DNA from: Methanomicrobiales archaeon
GTDB taxonomy: Archaea > Halobacteriota > Methanomicrobia > Methanomicrobiales > Methanospirillaceae
DNA: 40,391 bases
NCBI GenBank assembly: GCA_037137755.1
Contig: JBAXJR010000021.1
Coordinates: 1 to 40,391, forward strand
Reading direction: 5' to 3'
Below the pieces are notes generated by a model. It had not been told where the DNA came from. It made no database searches and saw only the letters and a list, made by a program, of their open reading frames with translations. Made by a program: the position numbers and the translations under genes. Below are positions 30,235 through 40,236 of the stretch, one piece after another (the stretch's first letter is position 1; every line of letters begins with the position of its first letter).

Positions 30235-30876
30235 TCAGGAGAAATCCAGAATACTCGCTTGAGACCGCTCGGAGATCATCTTTTCAACCGTCTTCCAGCT
30301 GGCCCTGGCGAACACCGGTGGCTTTCCTGAATGTTGAATCGCTGCAGAGAGGAAGTCGACAGTCCGCTGGTCAGAAGGGTAACCGCTCCCGATATCCCCG
30401 TATTTTTCTGCAAGTGCCTCAATTTCCCTGTCGCGTACAACTTTTGCGATGATACTTGCTGCTGACACAAGGGGATAGAACTCGTCGGCGTGGTGTTCCG
30501 CCACCACGCGGCATTCACAACCAAGGAAATTCGTCACCATATGGCCATGTCTCTCTGCAATAACGTCGCATGCATCGACATAGGCGAGGTGTGGGGAGAG
30601 GTCGTTGATCACTGCCGCATGCAGGCGGGCGAGCAGAACGTTCAGGGTCATGGATTTTCTGCCTGAATCTATTTCCCCTGCGCTTACTACCCGCAACGCA
30701 ATGGAACACGTGTTTGTGATCTCTTCATAGAGCCCGGTCCGTTTCTGGGGGGACAACTGCTTTGAGTCCTTAATACCGATGTCAGGGAGGAGGTCCTCGT
30801 GATCGCATCCAACTGCCGCGACCACCATCGGGCCGAGCACGGCCCCCTTACCTGCCTCGTCCACCCCGCAGAACAT
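30235..30876 (-). CDS. rnhB: Ribonuclease HII
   Basis: GVDEAGKGAVLGPMV, DSKQL, VSAASIIAKV.RD, GSGYPSD, RASW. Confidence 0.96.
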   Translation of the reverse strand: MFCGVDEAGKGAVLGPMVVAAVGCDHEDLLPDIGIKDSKQLSPQKRTGLYEEITNTCSIALRVVSAGEIDSGRKSMTLNVLLARLHAAVINDLSPHLAYVDACDVIAERHGHMVTNFLGCECRVVAEHHADEFYPLVSAASIIAKVVRDREIEALAEKYGDIGSGYPSDQRTVDFLSAAIQHSGKPPVFARASWKTVEKMISERSQASILDFS

Positions 30877-30990
30877 GAGTACAGAGGTACAGGGAGCAAG
30901 ATATTTGAACAATAGTATGGGGGTTACACCCCTTTCATCAGCACGTCCCTGATGACGAAATAGTTACAAAAATAAATTTGGTAGATACCT

Positions 30991-31170
30991 TCAGATAAGA
31001 CCGAAGAAAATCATTCCTGTGGTAATGACCATTATGATAAGTATGACAACCGCAATTTTTGACTGGTTACCGGAACTTATCCCCGAAGGGGTGGCCTCAT
31101 GCGTTTTTGCATGTTCTTCTTCAAGGTGAGATGAACTTTCTGATTTCTTTGGCGAATGGTGGGATGTCAT
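30991..31170 (-). CDS. 59-aa His/Ser-rich protein with C-terminal transmembrane anchor (below ORF-track cutoff)
   Basis: Manual translation MTSHHSPKKSESSSHLEEEHAKTHEATPSGISSGNQSKIAVVILIIMVITTGMIFFGLI*; fills an otherwise empty gap. Confidence 0.65.
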   Translation of the reverse strand: MTSHHSPKKSESSSHLEEEHAKTHEATPSGISSGNQSKIAVVILIIMVITTGMIFFGLI

Positions 31171-31402
31171 TAGTAATTATTTCGCCAGATCGAATATTAA
31201 CCTGTTGAAAATCCCACCTGTGTTCCGAAAAAAGGGAATGGAACGGAGGGATAAAACTTCCCGGTACCAGGGGTTCTGGAAAATTGATTTTGTTACCAGC
31301 TGGTTGCATATCTCATCATTCTGCAATTCCCTTTGCGAGAAAAAAGTCCGGATATCATTCTAAAAAGAGGGTTTTTCGGACCATAGATTTACCGGTTACC
31401 CT

Positions 31403-31864
31403 TCAAAGTTTCAATGGGACTGTAGTAATGGTTGAGAATGGAATTTGTGGGGAAATACCGAATAAATCCGGTGATGCGGTACCTTTTATCTGAAGGGTAA
31501 TCTCACCCTGGGCAAGTGCACTGATAACGGCACCCGGAATTGCAGATGTTTTTATGCTCACCGGGACCGTCACTTCATTCATTCCTGGTTTAATATTGAA
31601 ACTCCCTTTTTCACCATGTGAAATGAAGTTCCATTCATCCCCCTTCTGGTAATATACGTCAAAAACTATGGATTTAAGGTTAATACCCAGCGGGTTAGGA
31701 TTGTTAATACTCAGCGTTACGAGAAGGTTTACACTGGAAAGGTCGGCGGATTCCAATGCAACATTTTTAACCTCTATCTCCGGGTCTTTTATGAGCATCC
31801 CGCATCCACTAAAGAGAAGTGCCGCAGCCATCAGCAAACAGGGGAGTGCCAGGTATCCTTGCAT
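31403..31864 (-). CDS. LEA type 2 (WHy domain) lipoprotein
   Basis: Lipobox LFSGC; LSINNPNPLGI (NPN motif); beta-rich. Confidence 0.88.
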   Translation of the reverse strand: MQGYLALPCLLMAAALLFSGCGMLIKDPEIEVKNVALESADLSSVNLLVTLSINNPNPLGINLKSIVFDVYYQKGDEWNFISHGEKGSFNIKPGMNEVTVPVSIKTSAIPGAVISALAQGEITLQIKGTASPDLFGISPQIPFSTITTVPLKL

Positions 31865-32080
31865 AAGCAGTAATGATCCGGCCTTCTATTTTTAGGTACG
31901 CCGCATGCCCTGGCTGGATGAATAGCGACATATCCAGGATCATCGTATGGATGTCGAATCTCACCCAAACCCAGGAACAATCACCGTGTCAAACACAATG
32001 GATTCCCATAATTCGTCAGGGTTGTTATGCCAGGGGGTAGTTATCCGTCCTGGCATGAAAAAGGGAAAAAGGGAAGATTA

Positions 32081-32860
32081 TCAGACCTTCTCAAGTTTTA
32101 CTTCCCTTTCTTCGAAGTAGGTCCCAAGGTTGAGAAGTGTATCAATATCCACGTCAGCACTTGTCCCCTGCTGGAATTCGAAGGGGTTGTCCATGTCTTT
32201 GATCAGCATCACGAGAGCAATCAGCATCAGGCTGAGAAACACAAAAATAAGGGAACCCTCAAGAAAACGGGTATTTTCGACAAAAAGCATCACGAGGATA
32301 ACTGCGGCAGTTGCTATCTCGGCTATGGCATATGCAGCCGGGATAAAATCTGTACGGGTAATAACATCAACCCGGTTGACCAGCCTGTCAAGTATACCCA
32401 GCTCAACCCTGAGTTTTGCAATTGTCGGGGGTGCAACATTCAGTTTGCTCAGGACTCTGATATCATCGTTCACTTTGTCCATCACGTGGTTGATTGCACG
32501 CGGATTAAAGTTATTTTCCATGAAGCATGCGTTGATGGTGTTCAGGAGTGCCCGGATATGACTTCTCATGGTTACCAGTGGGGTTTCGTCAGCGAGGGGG
32601 ATAACGGTTGAATCGTTATAAAGTGCCTTGAGCGCCGCAGCCATTTCCCCCGCAATTTTTTCGCTCTCTTTAAAATCGGTGAATGTACCAGTGAAAATTA
32701 TGGCAATGGTGAATATCGCGCCGGTGATAAACGCACCGAGAAGCGGGTTTATCGGTACCGTGTCATACCCATATACAAAAATCACGGTCCTCACACCGAG
32801 GAGAACAAGGACTATAACCAGTGCCTTAAGGAGAATGCCCCATTTCTTCATCAAATCCAT
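32081..32860 (-). CDS. Four-TM membrane protein, bestrophin-like
   Basis: Two N-terminal TMs, helical loop, two TMs, then DMDNPF motif; start reassigned to ATG 32860. Confidence 0.65.
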   Translation of the reverse strand: MDLMKKWGILLKALVIVLVLLGVRTVIFVYGYDTVPINPLLGAFITGAIFTIAIIFTGTFTDFKESEKIAGEMAAALKALYNDSTVIPLADETPLVTMRSHIRALLNTINACFMENNFNPRAINHVMDKVNDDIRVLSKLNVAPPTIAKLRVELGILDRLVNRVDVITRTDFIPAAYAIAEIATAAVILVMLFVENTRFLEGSLIFVFLSLMLIALVMLIKDMDNPFEFQQGTSADVDIDTLLNLGTYFEEREVKLEKV

Positions 32861-33040
32861 GAATACTGATATGATGTTATTTATTCTAGGTGGTTTCGGT
32901 GGAAGGGATTTACAGGCAGTCACTCCAACGAATTGTAGAGGTAAGTGCAGGATAAACGAACCCATACTTTCCGGTAACCGCGGCTGCTTTCTGAAAACCT
33001 CAAAATATGCTGGAAATGATAAGAAAAACAGTGATTATGG

Positions 33041-34237
33041 TTATTTTATAAGGTCTTTTAAGATGGCAAGCTCGAAGAGGAGTTTTGGGTCCCTCTTGAT
33101 CAGCTCTTTTACCAGCTGGAGCGTGGAGAACTCTTTTAAGTTGATAGATGTGGCGGTCTGGATGATCGCATTCAGTTTTGCGTCCGTGAGGTTGATCATG
33201 TATTCCTTGATATGGTAGTTCCTCTCGATGGTCTTCCCCATCTTTGATTCCCGCCACTGCGTGTCATAGGGCATGAGCGCTTTTTTGCTGGTGTCCCCCT
33301 TTTCGATCGCGTCAATTGCGACCTTTGCAGCGAGGTCACCGGTGTACATTGCATTGTAAATGCCACCCCCCGTAAGCGGGTCTACAACACGAGCGGCATC
33401 ACCTGCAATGATGAGTCCGTCTGCCACGGTACAGGCAAGCGGCCTGCAGACCGATACTCCCCCTACAATCCACTCGATTGTCTTTCCGTTGGGGAATTTT
33501 GAGGCCATATAGTTGTTAAGATAGTCCTTTGCCCGGTGTCCGCTCCCGCTTTTAATCCCGCTGATACCGATTCCGACATTTGCCGTTCGGTCACCTTTCG
33601 GGAATACCCAGAGATATCCCTGGGGGGCCACGTTATTTCCAAGACAGAATACCGTGCAGTGTGGGTCGATATCGATATCAGTCACGATGTACTGTGCAGA
33701 AGACATGATCTCCCGGAGTGGCACTGTTGTGTCGATCCCGCACCATTTAGAGAATTTCGACTCAACACCGTCGGCTGCCACTACCACGTCCGCCATTACA
33801 TCGGTCTTTGTCCCGCCGCACTCCAGGGTCGCCCCGCAGATCTTTCCGTCATTCATAATCGGGGCACTTGCCCGTGTTTTGACTGCCACATCTGCCCCGG
33901 CCTCAGCTGCCTGCCAGACGAGTTCACGGTCAAACACTTTCCGATCAAGAACATAACCAACTTTTCCGCCGGCACTCTCTGAGTCAAGCATCATGGTTGT
34001 GCCGTCAGGTGCAACGACAGCGGCACGCTGCATTTCGGCTGAGATGAAACAGGGTTTGGGTTCAACAAACTCCTGCAGACTTTCCATTCCGATGCCCTCG
34101 GCACAACGCACCGGAGCTCCGATTGCAGGTCGTTTCTCAACAATGCAGGCAGAAAGTCCTGCTTTTGCAGCAGTCCTTGCGGCAATGGCCCCCGCCGGGC
34201 CTCCACCTATCATGAGGAGGTCATAATGCTTCTTCAT
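33041..34237 (-). CDS. Digeranylgeranylglycerophospholipid reductase (geranylgeranyl reductase family)
   Basis: [41 protein letters not shown]; ATGA overlap with ferredoxin. Confidence 0.93.
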   Translation of the reverse strand: MKKHYDLLMIGGGPAGAIAARTAAKAGLSACIVEKRPAIGAPVRCAEGIGMESLQEFVEPKPCFISAEMQRAAVVAPDGTTMMLDSESAGGKVGYVLDRKVFDRELVWQAAEAGADVAVKTRASAPIMNDGKICGATLECGGTKTDVMADVVVAADGVESKFSKWCGIDTTVPLREIMSSAQYIVTDIDIDPHCTVFCLGNNVAPQGYLWVFPKGDRTANVGIGISGIKSGSGHRAKDYLNNYMASKFPNGKTIEWIVGGVSVCRPLACTVADGLIIAGDAARVVDPLTGGGIYNAMYTGDLAAKVAIDAIEKGDTSKKALMPYDTQWRESKMGKTIERNYHIKEYMINLTDAKLNAIIQTATSINLKEFSTLQLVKELIKRDPKLLFELAILKDLIK

Positions 34238-34407
34238 TCGCGTTCGACCTCCAGTGCCCCGACCGGGCATGCCTTTGCGCAGACACCACAATCCGTGCAA
34301 CCCGGTCCCACTTCGAGGTACGCATCGATCAGTTCGAGCGCCCCCTCTTTACAGACCGACACGCAGCATCCACAGTAGCCACAGATATCCCGGTGAACCT
34401 TCAACAT
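34234..34407 (-). CDS. 2[4Fe-4S] ferredoxin coupled to GGR
   Basis: [11 protein letters not shown] and [12 protein letters not shown]; translationally coupled to GGR. Confidence 0.92.
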   Translation of the reverse strand: MLKVHRDICGYCGCCVSVCKEGALELIDAYLEVGPGCTDCGVCAKACPVGALEVERE

Positions 34408-34512
34408 GCTGATTAAATTGTCCTGCAACTCCAATAATAGTTACTCAGTCGCCAGTACTCCAGGGGACCTCTCTCATGAATCCAGGGATGCCGCGTATGA
34501 CTGTTAAGGGAT

Positions 34513-35649
34513 TTATTCTGTATGTCCGGGAGGGTCCAGGGTAAAGGTTCCAAAACGCCCGCCACCGCCTGGCTGAAGAGAGATCCGGTTGTTACGGAAC
34601 GCATCAATTGCATCCGCTATCCTGTTGTCAACCTCCCTGATCTCCGTGAGCGGCGTTGTTGTCAGGATCGCAATCTCGTTGCCAAAAGCCGAAATGAGCT
34701 GCGAATACTTCACAAGGCATTTTTTTGTATTGGGTGACGAGGCGTTCTCCGTCGTCCGGACGATCTCCCCGAGTGGCAGTATATGGAGGTAGGGTGGTCG
34801 TTTCACCGGTGTACCGCTGGAGAGCTCCCGGGCCCTGTCACGGACCCCTTTCTTGATCAAACCGCGGTCTTTCGGGCACCGCCATCGGAATTCTTCGGCC
34901 TGTGCAAGGGTGTACTGCTCGTAGCACCGGGTACAGGCGGTGCGATTGTATTTTCCTTCTTCCGGAAAAATCCCGACATTCATTTCAATCTGCCCGCCCT
35001 TTACCGCCGAGAGTATACCCTGCACCGTACACTTTTTTGGGGTTAACCTAGTAAACTCACGACCGAATTTCGTCGGATCCGAGCTGTGGGCATCCGAGTT
35101 AGTGAGAAAGGGAACATTGCAAATGTCAGGAATTGCCTCCCCGTAGGTGGTATCAGCAGAGAGGCCAAGTTCAAGAAAGTCAACCGTTTCCCCGCCATAA
35201 CATTCATGTACCCGGTTATAATAAGCAAAAATGGAGGTCCATGGTGTGAATGCATGGGCAGGACCGATCATGCCCCCGAGTTGATGGACCATCTCTGCAA
35301 TCCGGTTACCCGCTAGCCGTATATGCGGTCTTCCCCCGGTAAGGATATCCCTGCTTAACGGGATGAACAGAGAACGGAGCTCAGAAAAGCTCTCAAAATC
35401 CTGCATAATAATGAGGTGGTGAACCCTGTCCTCTCCCTCAATCTCTGCTGTTGGAATGACCAGGACCCCGGCATCGTTATCAAGGTAATCCGACCAGAGA
35501 AGCGGCCATCCGGGATGGAGTGCATCACCGCTGCCAAGGACCGAGATCCCTTTCTTTACGCAGGCATCGATGAGGTTCCCGGGGACTATTTCTGGAGAGG
35601 TGGCCATGGAAAAACGGGAATGAATATGGAGGTCAGCGTTTACCTGCAT
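34513..35649 (-). CDS. PHP-domain endonuclease Q family protein (TIGR00375)
   Basis: DLHIHSRFS, RVHHL, GRP, PAHAFTPW, ELGLSAD, NSDAHS, GKY..TAC..C, PGGGGRFG. Confidence 0.9.
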   Translation of the reverse strand: MQVNADLHIHSRFSMATSPEIVPGNLIDACVKKGISVLGSGDALHPGWPLLWSDYLDNDAGVLVIPTAEIEGEDRVHHLIIMQDFESFSELRSLFIPLSRDILTGGRPHIRLAGNRIAEMVHQLGGMIGPAHAFTPWTSIFAYYNRVHECYGGETVDFLELGLSADTTYGEAIPDICNVPFLTNSDAHSSDPTKFGREFTRLTPKKCTVQGILSAVKGGQIEMNVGIFPEEGKYNRTACTRCYEQYTLAQAEEFRWRCPKDRGLIKKGVRDRARELSSGTPVKRPPYLHILPLGEIVRTTENASSPNTKKCLVKYSQLISAFGNEIAILTTTPLTEIREVDNRIADAIDAFRNNRISLQPGGGGRFGTFTLDPPGHTE

Positions 35650-35872
35650 TATACAGAATAAATACCTGTCAACACATTAATCCTCATAATCGGGATCAGA
35701 TTTTTCCGGAAATGCATCCCGTATTAAAAACTATGTATTGTTCCCATTTCTGAACTTTCGTATCAAAAATACTGACATATTAAGTGGGTTATAGTAGTGC
35801 GGTTACAAAAAGGTAAATATCGGCCGGGATGCCTGTATTCTGACCTTTCCGAAAAAAAACGAGGTTTTACAA

Positions 35873-36823
35873 TTGAAAATAAATACAAATGCCCATATTG
35901 GTATGATCGTTGGGATCTGCCTCTTTAGTCTATTAGTCGCTCCAGTCTGTGCGAGCGATGATACTTCCTGGTTCCAGCCAGCTCCCCTGGAAGATATCAT
36001 GGCATGGTTTAACTCCCAAACGCACAATGCGTGGAATGTGCCATCTGTGCCGACTGACAGTTCTCTGATATTACCTGAAACAACACCATCGTATGTACCA
36101 TCCAACGACACTACCTGGTTCCAGCCTGCTCCACCAGACCAGGCTATATCATGGGGGAAGAGGCTTTCGGAGCAGACCACGTATCCTTCGACACTCAGCC
36201 AGGAAGACCGGATCAGGCTTTATAAACCCTATTACAATCCCGGCGGCTATGTTCCGACCTTCCCGACGGTAACTCCGACATCCGCTCAGGTGCCCCAACC
36301 GGTCCAGACCTACGTTTACCCCACGATTACGAGGCCGGCTACACCATATTATATACCGTCAACAATGCCTACGGCATTCCTCACCCAGGCACCGATCACC
36401 ATTCCGCCTACCCCCCATTACGTACCATCAATAATGCCTACGGCATTTCCGACCGTTTCACCAACTTCAGGAGGTGTGGTACCTGGCCAGATTACCGGGG
36501 TATCTCTGGCAGAACTGAACCTGCCCGGGAAATACCTGCGGATTACAAACACGGGGTCAACTCCGGTTGTTATGACCGGCTGGAAGATAACGAACCGCCA
36601 GGGAAATTCCCTTAACTTTATTGACTTCCCCCTTGGTGGTGGAACAACCTTCACATACGTGCTCAACCCGTATTCAACCATTACCGTATACTTCGGAAAG
36701 GAAGGGATGGTTTCGGCCAGTGAGCTCTATTACCCATATGGTACTGATTTCTGGAACCAGAATGGGGACACTGCTTCGCTCTACAACCCCCAGGGGCAGC
36801 TCGCAGGAAGGATCAGTGCATAG
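35873..36823 (+). CDS. Secreted lamin-tail-domain (LTD) protein with Trp-containing repeats and Pro/Thr/Tyr linker
   Basis: Signal peptide; C-terminal YLRITNTG..MTGWKI..FP..L.P...TVY..WNQNGDTASLYN..G LTD signature; TTG start after GAGGT. Confidence 0.85.
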   Translation: MKINTNAHIGMIVGICLFSLLVAPVCASDDTSWFQPAPLEDIMAWFNSQTHNAWNVPSVPTDSSLILPETTPSYVPSNDTTWFQPAPPDQAISWGKRLSEQTTYPSTLSQEDRIRLYKPYYNPGGYVPTFPTVTPTSAQVPQPVQTYVYPTITRPATPYYIPSTMPTAFLTQAPITIPPTPHYVPSIMPTAFPTVSPTSGGVVPGQITGVSLAELNLPGKYLRITNTGSTPVVMTGWKITNRQGNSLNFIDFPLGGGTTFTYVLNPYSTITVYFGKEGMVSASELYYPYGTDFWNQNGDTASLYNPQGQLAGRISA

Positions 36824-37078
36824 ATAAGATAACATTCCTAATCCAGGGGCATTATACCAAGGCAATATTTTTTTTACAACATCCACGAACGATCTCTGCC
36901 TATATGTTGGATAGTAGGTGGATCTCTATATTTTCGTGACAATGGACATATTTTTTCTTGTATATTTATATGCCTGCAACTCAATATCCCGAAAATCCAG
37001 AAAACAGAAAGCCAACATTGTCCACTTGTTTTGATGATGGCGGCAATAATTTAATATTTTCAAAGATACATTCACCTC

Positions 37079-38071
37079 ATGCGGTTCAGTCCACGAAAAA
37101 TCGTGATTATTCTCGTATTCCTGGCGATGGCCTCGCAATTATTGATGTTCACCGTATCAGCGGTGGAAGCTTCACCATCACTCGATCCTGCGTCGAATTC
37201 CACCCCATCCAAAATGGAGGTAGGGGTCTACGTAAATTCGGTTGATAATCTCGATTATATCAAGGGTACCTACGACATGGACTTTTACCTCCATTTTCGA
37301 TGGACCGATCCAAACATATCGACTGCACATTTCGAGATTATGAACGGTAAAACGGCAATTGGATCTCATTCCATGGATATATTATACAACAAAACATCCG
37401 GGCCGGTAAAAGAGGAATGGTATAGGGTCAGGGCCGAGTTAAAAACAGATACAGATACCACTTATTTTCCTTTTGAAAAAGGAACTTTGCAATTAGAAAT
37501 TGAAGATGCCTCAAACCGTGCATCGCAACTTATCTTCGCCGAGCTCGAGGAGGAAAGAGTGAACGAAATCCGGTTTAAAATTCCGGGTTGGAAAATTGGC
37601 ACACCAACGAGTCGTGTAGAAAATTATTCATACCCAGAGGGTTCACCATATTCGCGATTTTCCTACAATATTCCGATAGAAAATAAAGGGGTTGATGCGA
37701 TTGTCCAGACATTAATCCCCCCCCTGATCTTTTGTTTCATTGCCTTCCTCTCCTTCTTTATCAAAGTGGAGCACAACGAACTGGTCCACCTTCGTTATGT
37801 TCTCACGACAACCATGTTCATAACCGCAGTAATGTACCATTTTACAGAGTTAGCGGCTCTTCCAAGTTTTGATGTGTTCAATTTATTCGACAAATATATG
37901 ATCGCCGTATACCTGTTTCTTGCATCCACCATCATCGTCACTACACTATGTTATCTTGCCCTGTGGGACTGGAAGCGGCCCGGACTCGTGAAACCCATCA
38001 ATCGATATGGCATGGTGATATCCATCCTGGTGCCGGTTGTTTCATTCTGCCTGCTAGTGACTTTCATGTAA
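37079..38071 (+). CDS. Prokaryotic pentameric ligand-gated ion channel (GLIC/ELIC-like)
   Basis: Signal peptide, beta-rich ECD (VGVYV, DFYLHFRWTDP, Pro-loop YFPFE, PGW), M1 with Pro (LIPPL), M2 RYVLTTTMFITAVMYHF, M2-M3 LP..FD, four TMs. Confidence 0.88.
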   Translation: MRFSPRKIVIILVFLAMASQLLMFTVSAVEASPSLDPASNSTPSKMEVGVYVNSVDNLDYIKGTYDMDFYLHFRWTDPNISTAHFEIMNGKTAIGSHSMDILYNKTSGPVKEEWYRVRAELKTDTDTTYFPFEKGTLQLEIEDASNRASQLIFAELEEERVNEIRFKIPGWKIGTPTSRVENYSYPEGSPYSRFSYNIPIENKGVDAIVQTLIPPLIFCFIAFLSFFIKVEHNELVHLRYVLTTTMFITAVMYHFTELAALPSFDVFNLFDKYMIAVYLFLASTIIVTTLCYLALWDWKRPGLVKPINRYGMVISILVPVVSFCLLVTFM

Positions 38072-38344
38072 GTCCACGTAACGGTATCCGCCAAAAAAAT
38101 ATCGGGGTCGTTCTACGTAGAGGGATTATTATTGGAATTGATTATTTTTCTTTTCGCCTTCTCATATTATTTTTTTAAACACAGGATCTGAAACTGAAAG
38201 GGGGTGTTACTCCCCCGACAAGCCAGAAATATGTACCTTGCTAAATAAAACACGCACCAATAATGATGTATTTAAAAAAAAGATCTGGAGAACCCGAGTT
38301 ACACAATTTTTGCTTCCTGGAAGGACACCTGCCGGGATCGGTAA

Positions 38345-39100
38345 CTAACCGATGTATCTCAGTTCCTCGTCATGTACGGCCTGTTCGCCCTCGATAAGTT
38401 TTTGGACCATCCGCTCCATATCGACACCCCGCTCTACAAGTGTTGTTGAATCGATCGTAATACCAATGAGGTTTGAAAGGACTTTTAACAGGCTGGTAGC
38501 GCTTTTAGGGTCGACGAGGTACCCTGAGGTCTCCCCCATCAGGCATATCCCATCGATGTTATGGTACGCACTGAGGCCGAGGAGGAGTCCTGCTGCCCCG
38601 ATAATCCCGCCTGCCGGTTCACCATTATCAAAGACAGCTCCGGCCTCTGCCGCTTCTTCCTTTAATTCAATCCGGTTTACTGCTGCAAGCACCCTCGGTT
38701 CTTCCACAAGGTGACCGACACCGAACCCTCCCAGGGTATATATCCGCCTGACCCCGAACTCTTCTGCGATTTTCAGGTACTGGTCGGCGAGCAGGTAATG
38801 CCCCTCGTTTGAGGTGCTCTGGAAATCCCCGACAAGGAAGAGGATCTGGTGGGTATCATCCTTGTAGAAAAAAATCTCGTTATTCGCGAGACGGATGACA
38901 CTGTCCTCTTCGATAATCACCTGGGGTGGAAAATAGATTGAATGGATCTGTGCGATCTTTTTCGCGCCGAGCTCATGGATGATATGTTCGGCCACAAGTT
39001 TTCCAACATGACCAATGCCGGGCAGCCCTTCGATAAGAACGGGTGATTCCACCTCATCCATCGAAAAAGCATCAAGAAAGCGGACTGTTATATCTTCCAT
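38345..39100 (-). CDS. Proteasome assembly chaperone family protein (PAC2, TIGR00162)
   Basis: EGLPGIGHVGKL, FPPQV, TLGG, GGIIGAAG, CLMGETSGY.VDP, C-terminal LRYIG. Confidence 0.93.
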   Translation of the reverse strand: MEDITVRFLDAFSMDEVESPVLIEGLPGIGHVGKLVAEHIIHELGAKKIAQIHSIYFPPQVIIEEDSVIRLANNEIFFYKDDTHQILFLVGDFQSTSNEGHYLLADQYLKIAEEFGVRRIYTLGGFGVGHLVEEPRVLAAVNRIELKEEAAEAGAVFDNGEPAGGIIGAAGLLLGLSAYHNIDGICLMGETSGYLVDPKSATSLLKVLSNLIGITIDSTTLVERGVDMERMVQKLIEGEQAVHDEELRYIG

Positions 39101-39249
39101 TCTTTAAGCCGTCTCCGGTATTCCCCAAGCCGGTCTTCCGGTGAAAAACGTGGCGGGTGTGCAGTCCTCGTGGCGTCACCGCAGACAGGACACTGCATGG
39201 TAAGAGTATAGGTCCTGTCCCTAGTGCAACGCCTGATATGCCCACTCAT
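39088..39249 (-). CDS. nop10: H/ACA RNP protein Nop10 (53 aa, missed by ORF track)
   Basis: MSGHIRRC..TYTL..CPVCG..TAHPPRFSPEDRLGEYRR; conserved position after aIF2alpha. Confidence 0.95.
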   Translation of the reverse strand: MSGHIRRCTRDRTYTLTMQCPVCGDATRTAHPPRFSPEDRLGEYRRRLKEWKI

Positions 39250-40034
39250 GAACTCTTACCGGACTTCGGTTTCTTAACGAACTTACCTTCGCCGCCTGCC
39301 CGTTCCACCACGCCGATCGCAGCGCTTGCGGCCCTTTCGATTGCCTTCTCAGCGGTCTTGTAATCCGGGGCGGTGACCTTGATCCGGTAGGCAGGTGCAC
39401 CGATATAGGTGAGTTCGATCTCCACGTCCGCGATCTTTGGTTCGGCACTGCGGAGGGCCCGGCGAATAATGTTAACACCATCCGGTTTTGGGGAGGTGAG
39501 AATAATATTTCCGGCCACCGTTACTTTCGGGATTCTTACATTCTCTTTGGCAACAGCAACCAGTGCATCTACTGTCGTTTCCGGGAGCCCGAGTTCTGCG
39601 ACGACCCCTGCCCCGTTCATGACGATATCTTCAAACGCAGTATACAGGTCCCCGTATTTTTTGTATAATGCGGTTTCAATCGCCTCTGCCGATCCGCCTG
39701 AAGCTTCCGCGGCAAAACTGATCCACTTGCTGGCTTTCGATTCGTTTTTCCACTCGCGGATAGTTTCCCGGCGCTGGTGCTCGTTAACGTCCTTTAATGA
39801 AAGGTCGATATGGCCTCGAGATGTATCAACGTTCAGGACCTTGCAGACCACCTTCTGGCCTTCCCTTATGTGGTCCCTGATGTACTTGATCCATCCCGTC
39901 GCGATCTCGGAGATAGGTATCAGGCCTTCGCGTCCGTTATACTCATCGAGTGAAACGAATGCAACAAAGTCCTTTACGTGTTGGACCGTGCAGACGACGA
40001 GATCTCCTTCCTCCGGCCATTCTTCACCTTTCAT
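39246..40034 (-). CDS. eif2a: Translation initiation factor aIF2 subunit alpha
   Basis: WPEEGDLVVCTV, S1 domain, GHIDLSLKDV, YIGAPAYRI. Confidence 0.97.
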   Translation of the reverse strand: MKGEEWPEEGDLVVCTVQHVKDFVAFVSLDEYNGREGLIPISEIATGWIKYIRDHIREGQKVVCKVLNVDTSRGHIDLSLKDVNEHQRRETIREWKNESKASKWISFAAEASGGSAEAIETALYKKYGDLYTAFEDIVMNGAGVVAELGLPETTVDALVAVAKENVRIPKVTVAGNIILTSPKPDGVNIIRRALRSAEPKIADVEIELTYIGAPAYRIKVTAPDYKTAEKAIERAASAAIGVVERAGGEGKFVKKPKSGKSS

Positions 40035-40040
40035 ATGTGC

Positions 40041-40229
40041 TCACTTATATTCTGCAAGTTTTTCAACCTGGATGCCTGCCTTGCCACCACTTGGCTCGGC
40101 GAGCACTTTTCCGCAGACTACACAGTCCACTTTCGTGGATGCCTTGTCAAAGACCAGCTGCTCATTTTCACAGTCCGGGCATTTGACCTTGATGAATGTA
40201 CTCCTGTTTTCCCTGTGCTGTCGTACCAT
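40041..40229 (-). CDS. rps27e: 30S ribosomal protein S27e
   Basis: [31 protein letters not shown]. Confidence 0.97.
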   Translation of the reverse strand: MVRQHRENRSTFIKVKCPDCENEQLVFDKASTKVDCVVCGKVLAEPSGGKAGIQVEKLAEYK

Positions 40230-40236
40230 TTGTATC

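Noticed and set aside
27591-31101. 11-bp match GTGGCCTCATG between the tRNA-Pro 3' end (27591-27601) and 31091-31101 as possible attL/attR
   Set aside because: Short, lies inside a small ORF, encloses housekeeping genes and has no integrase; compatible with chance.
32027-32056. Hairpin ATGCCAGG..CCTGGCAT as a riboswitch or MITE
   Set aside because: Single copy in the window, next to T-tracts downstream of a minus-strand gene; at most a 3'-end structure.
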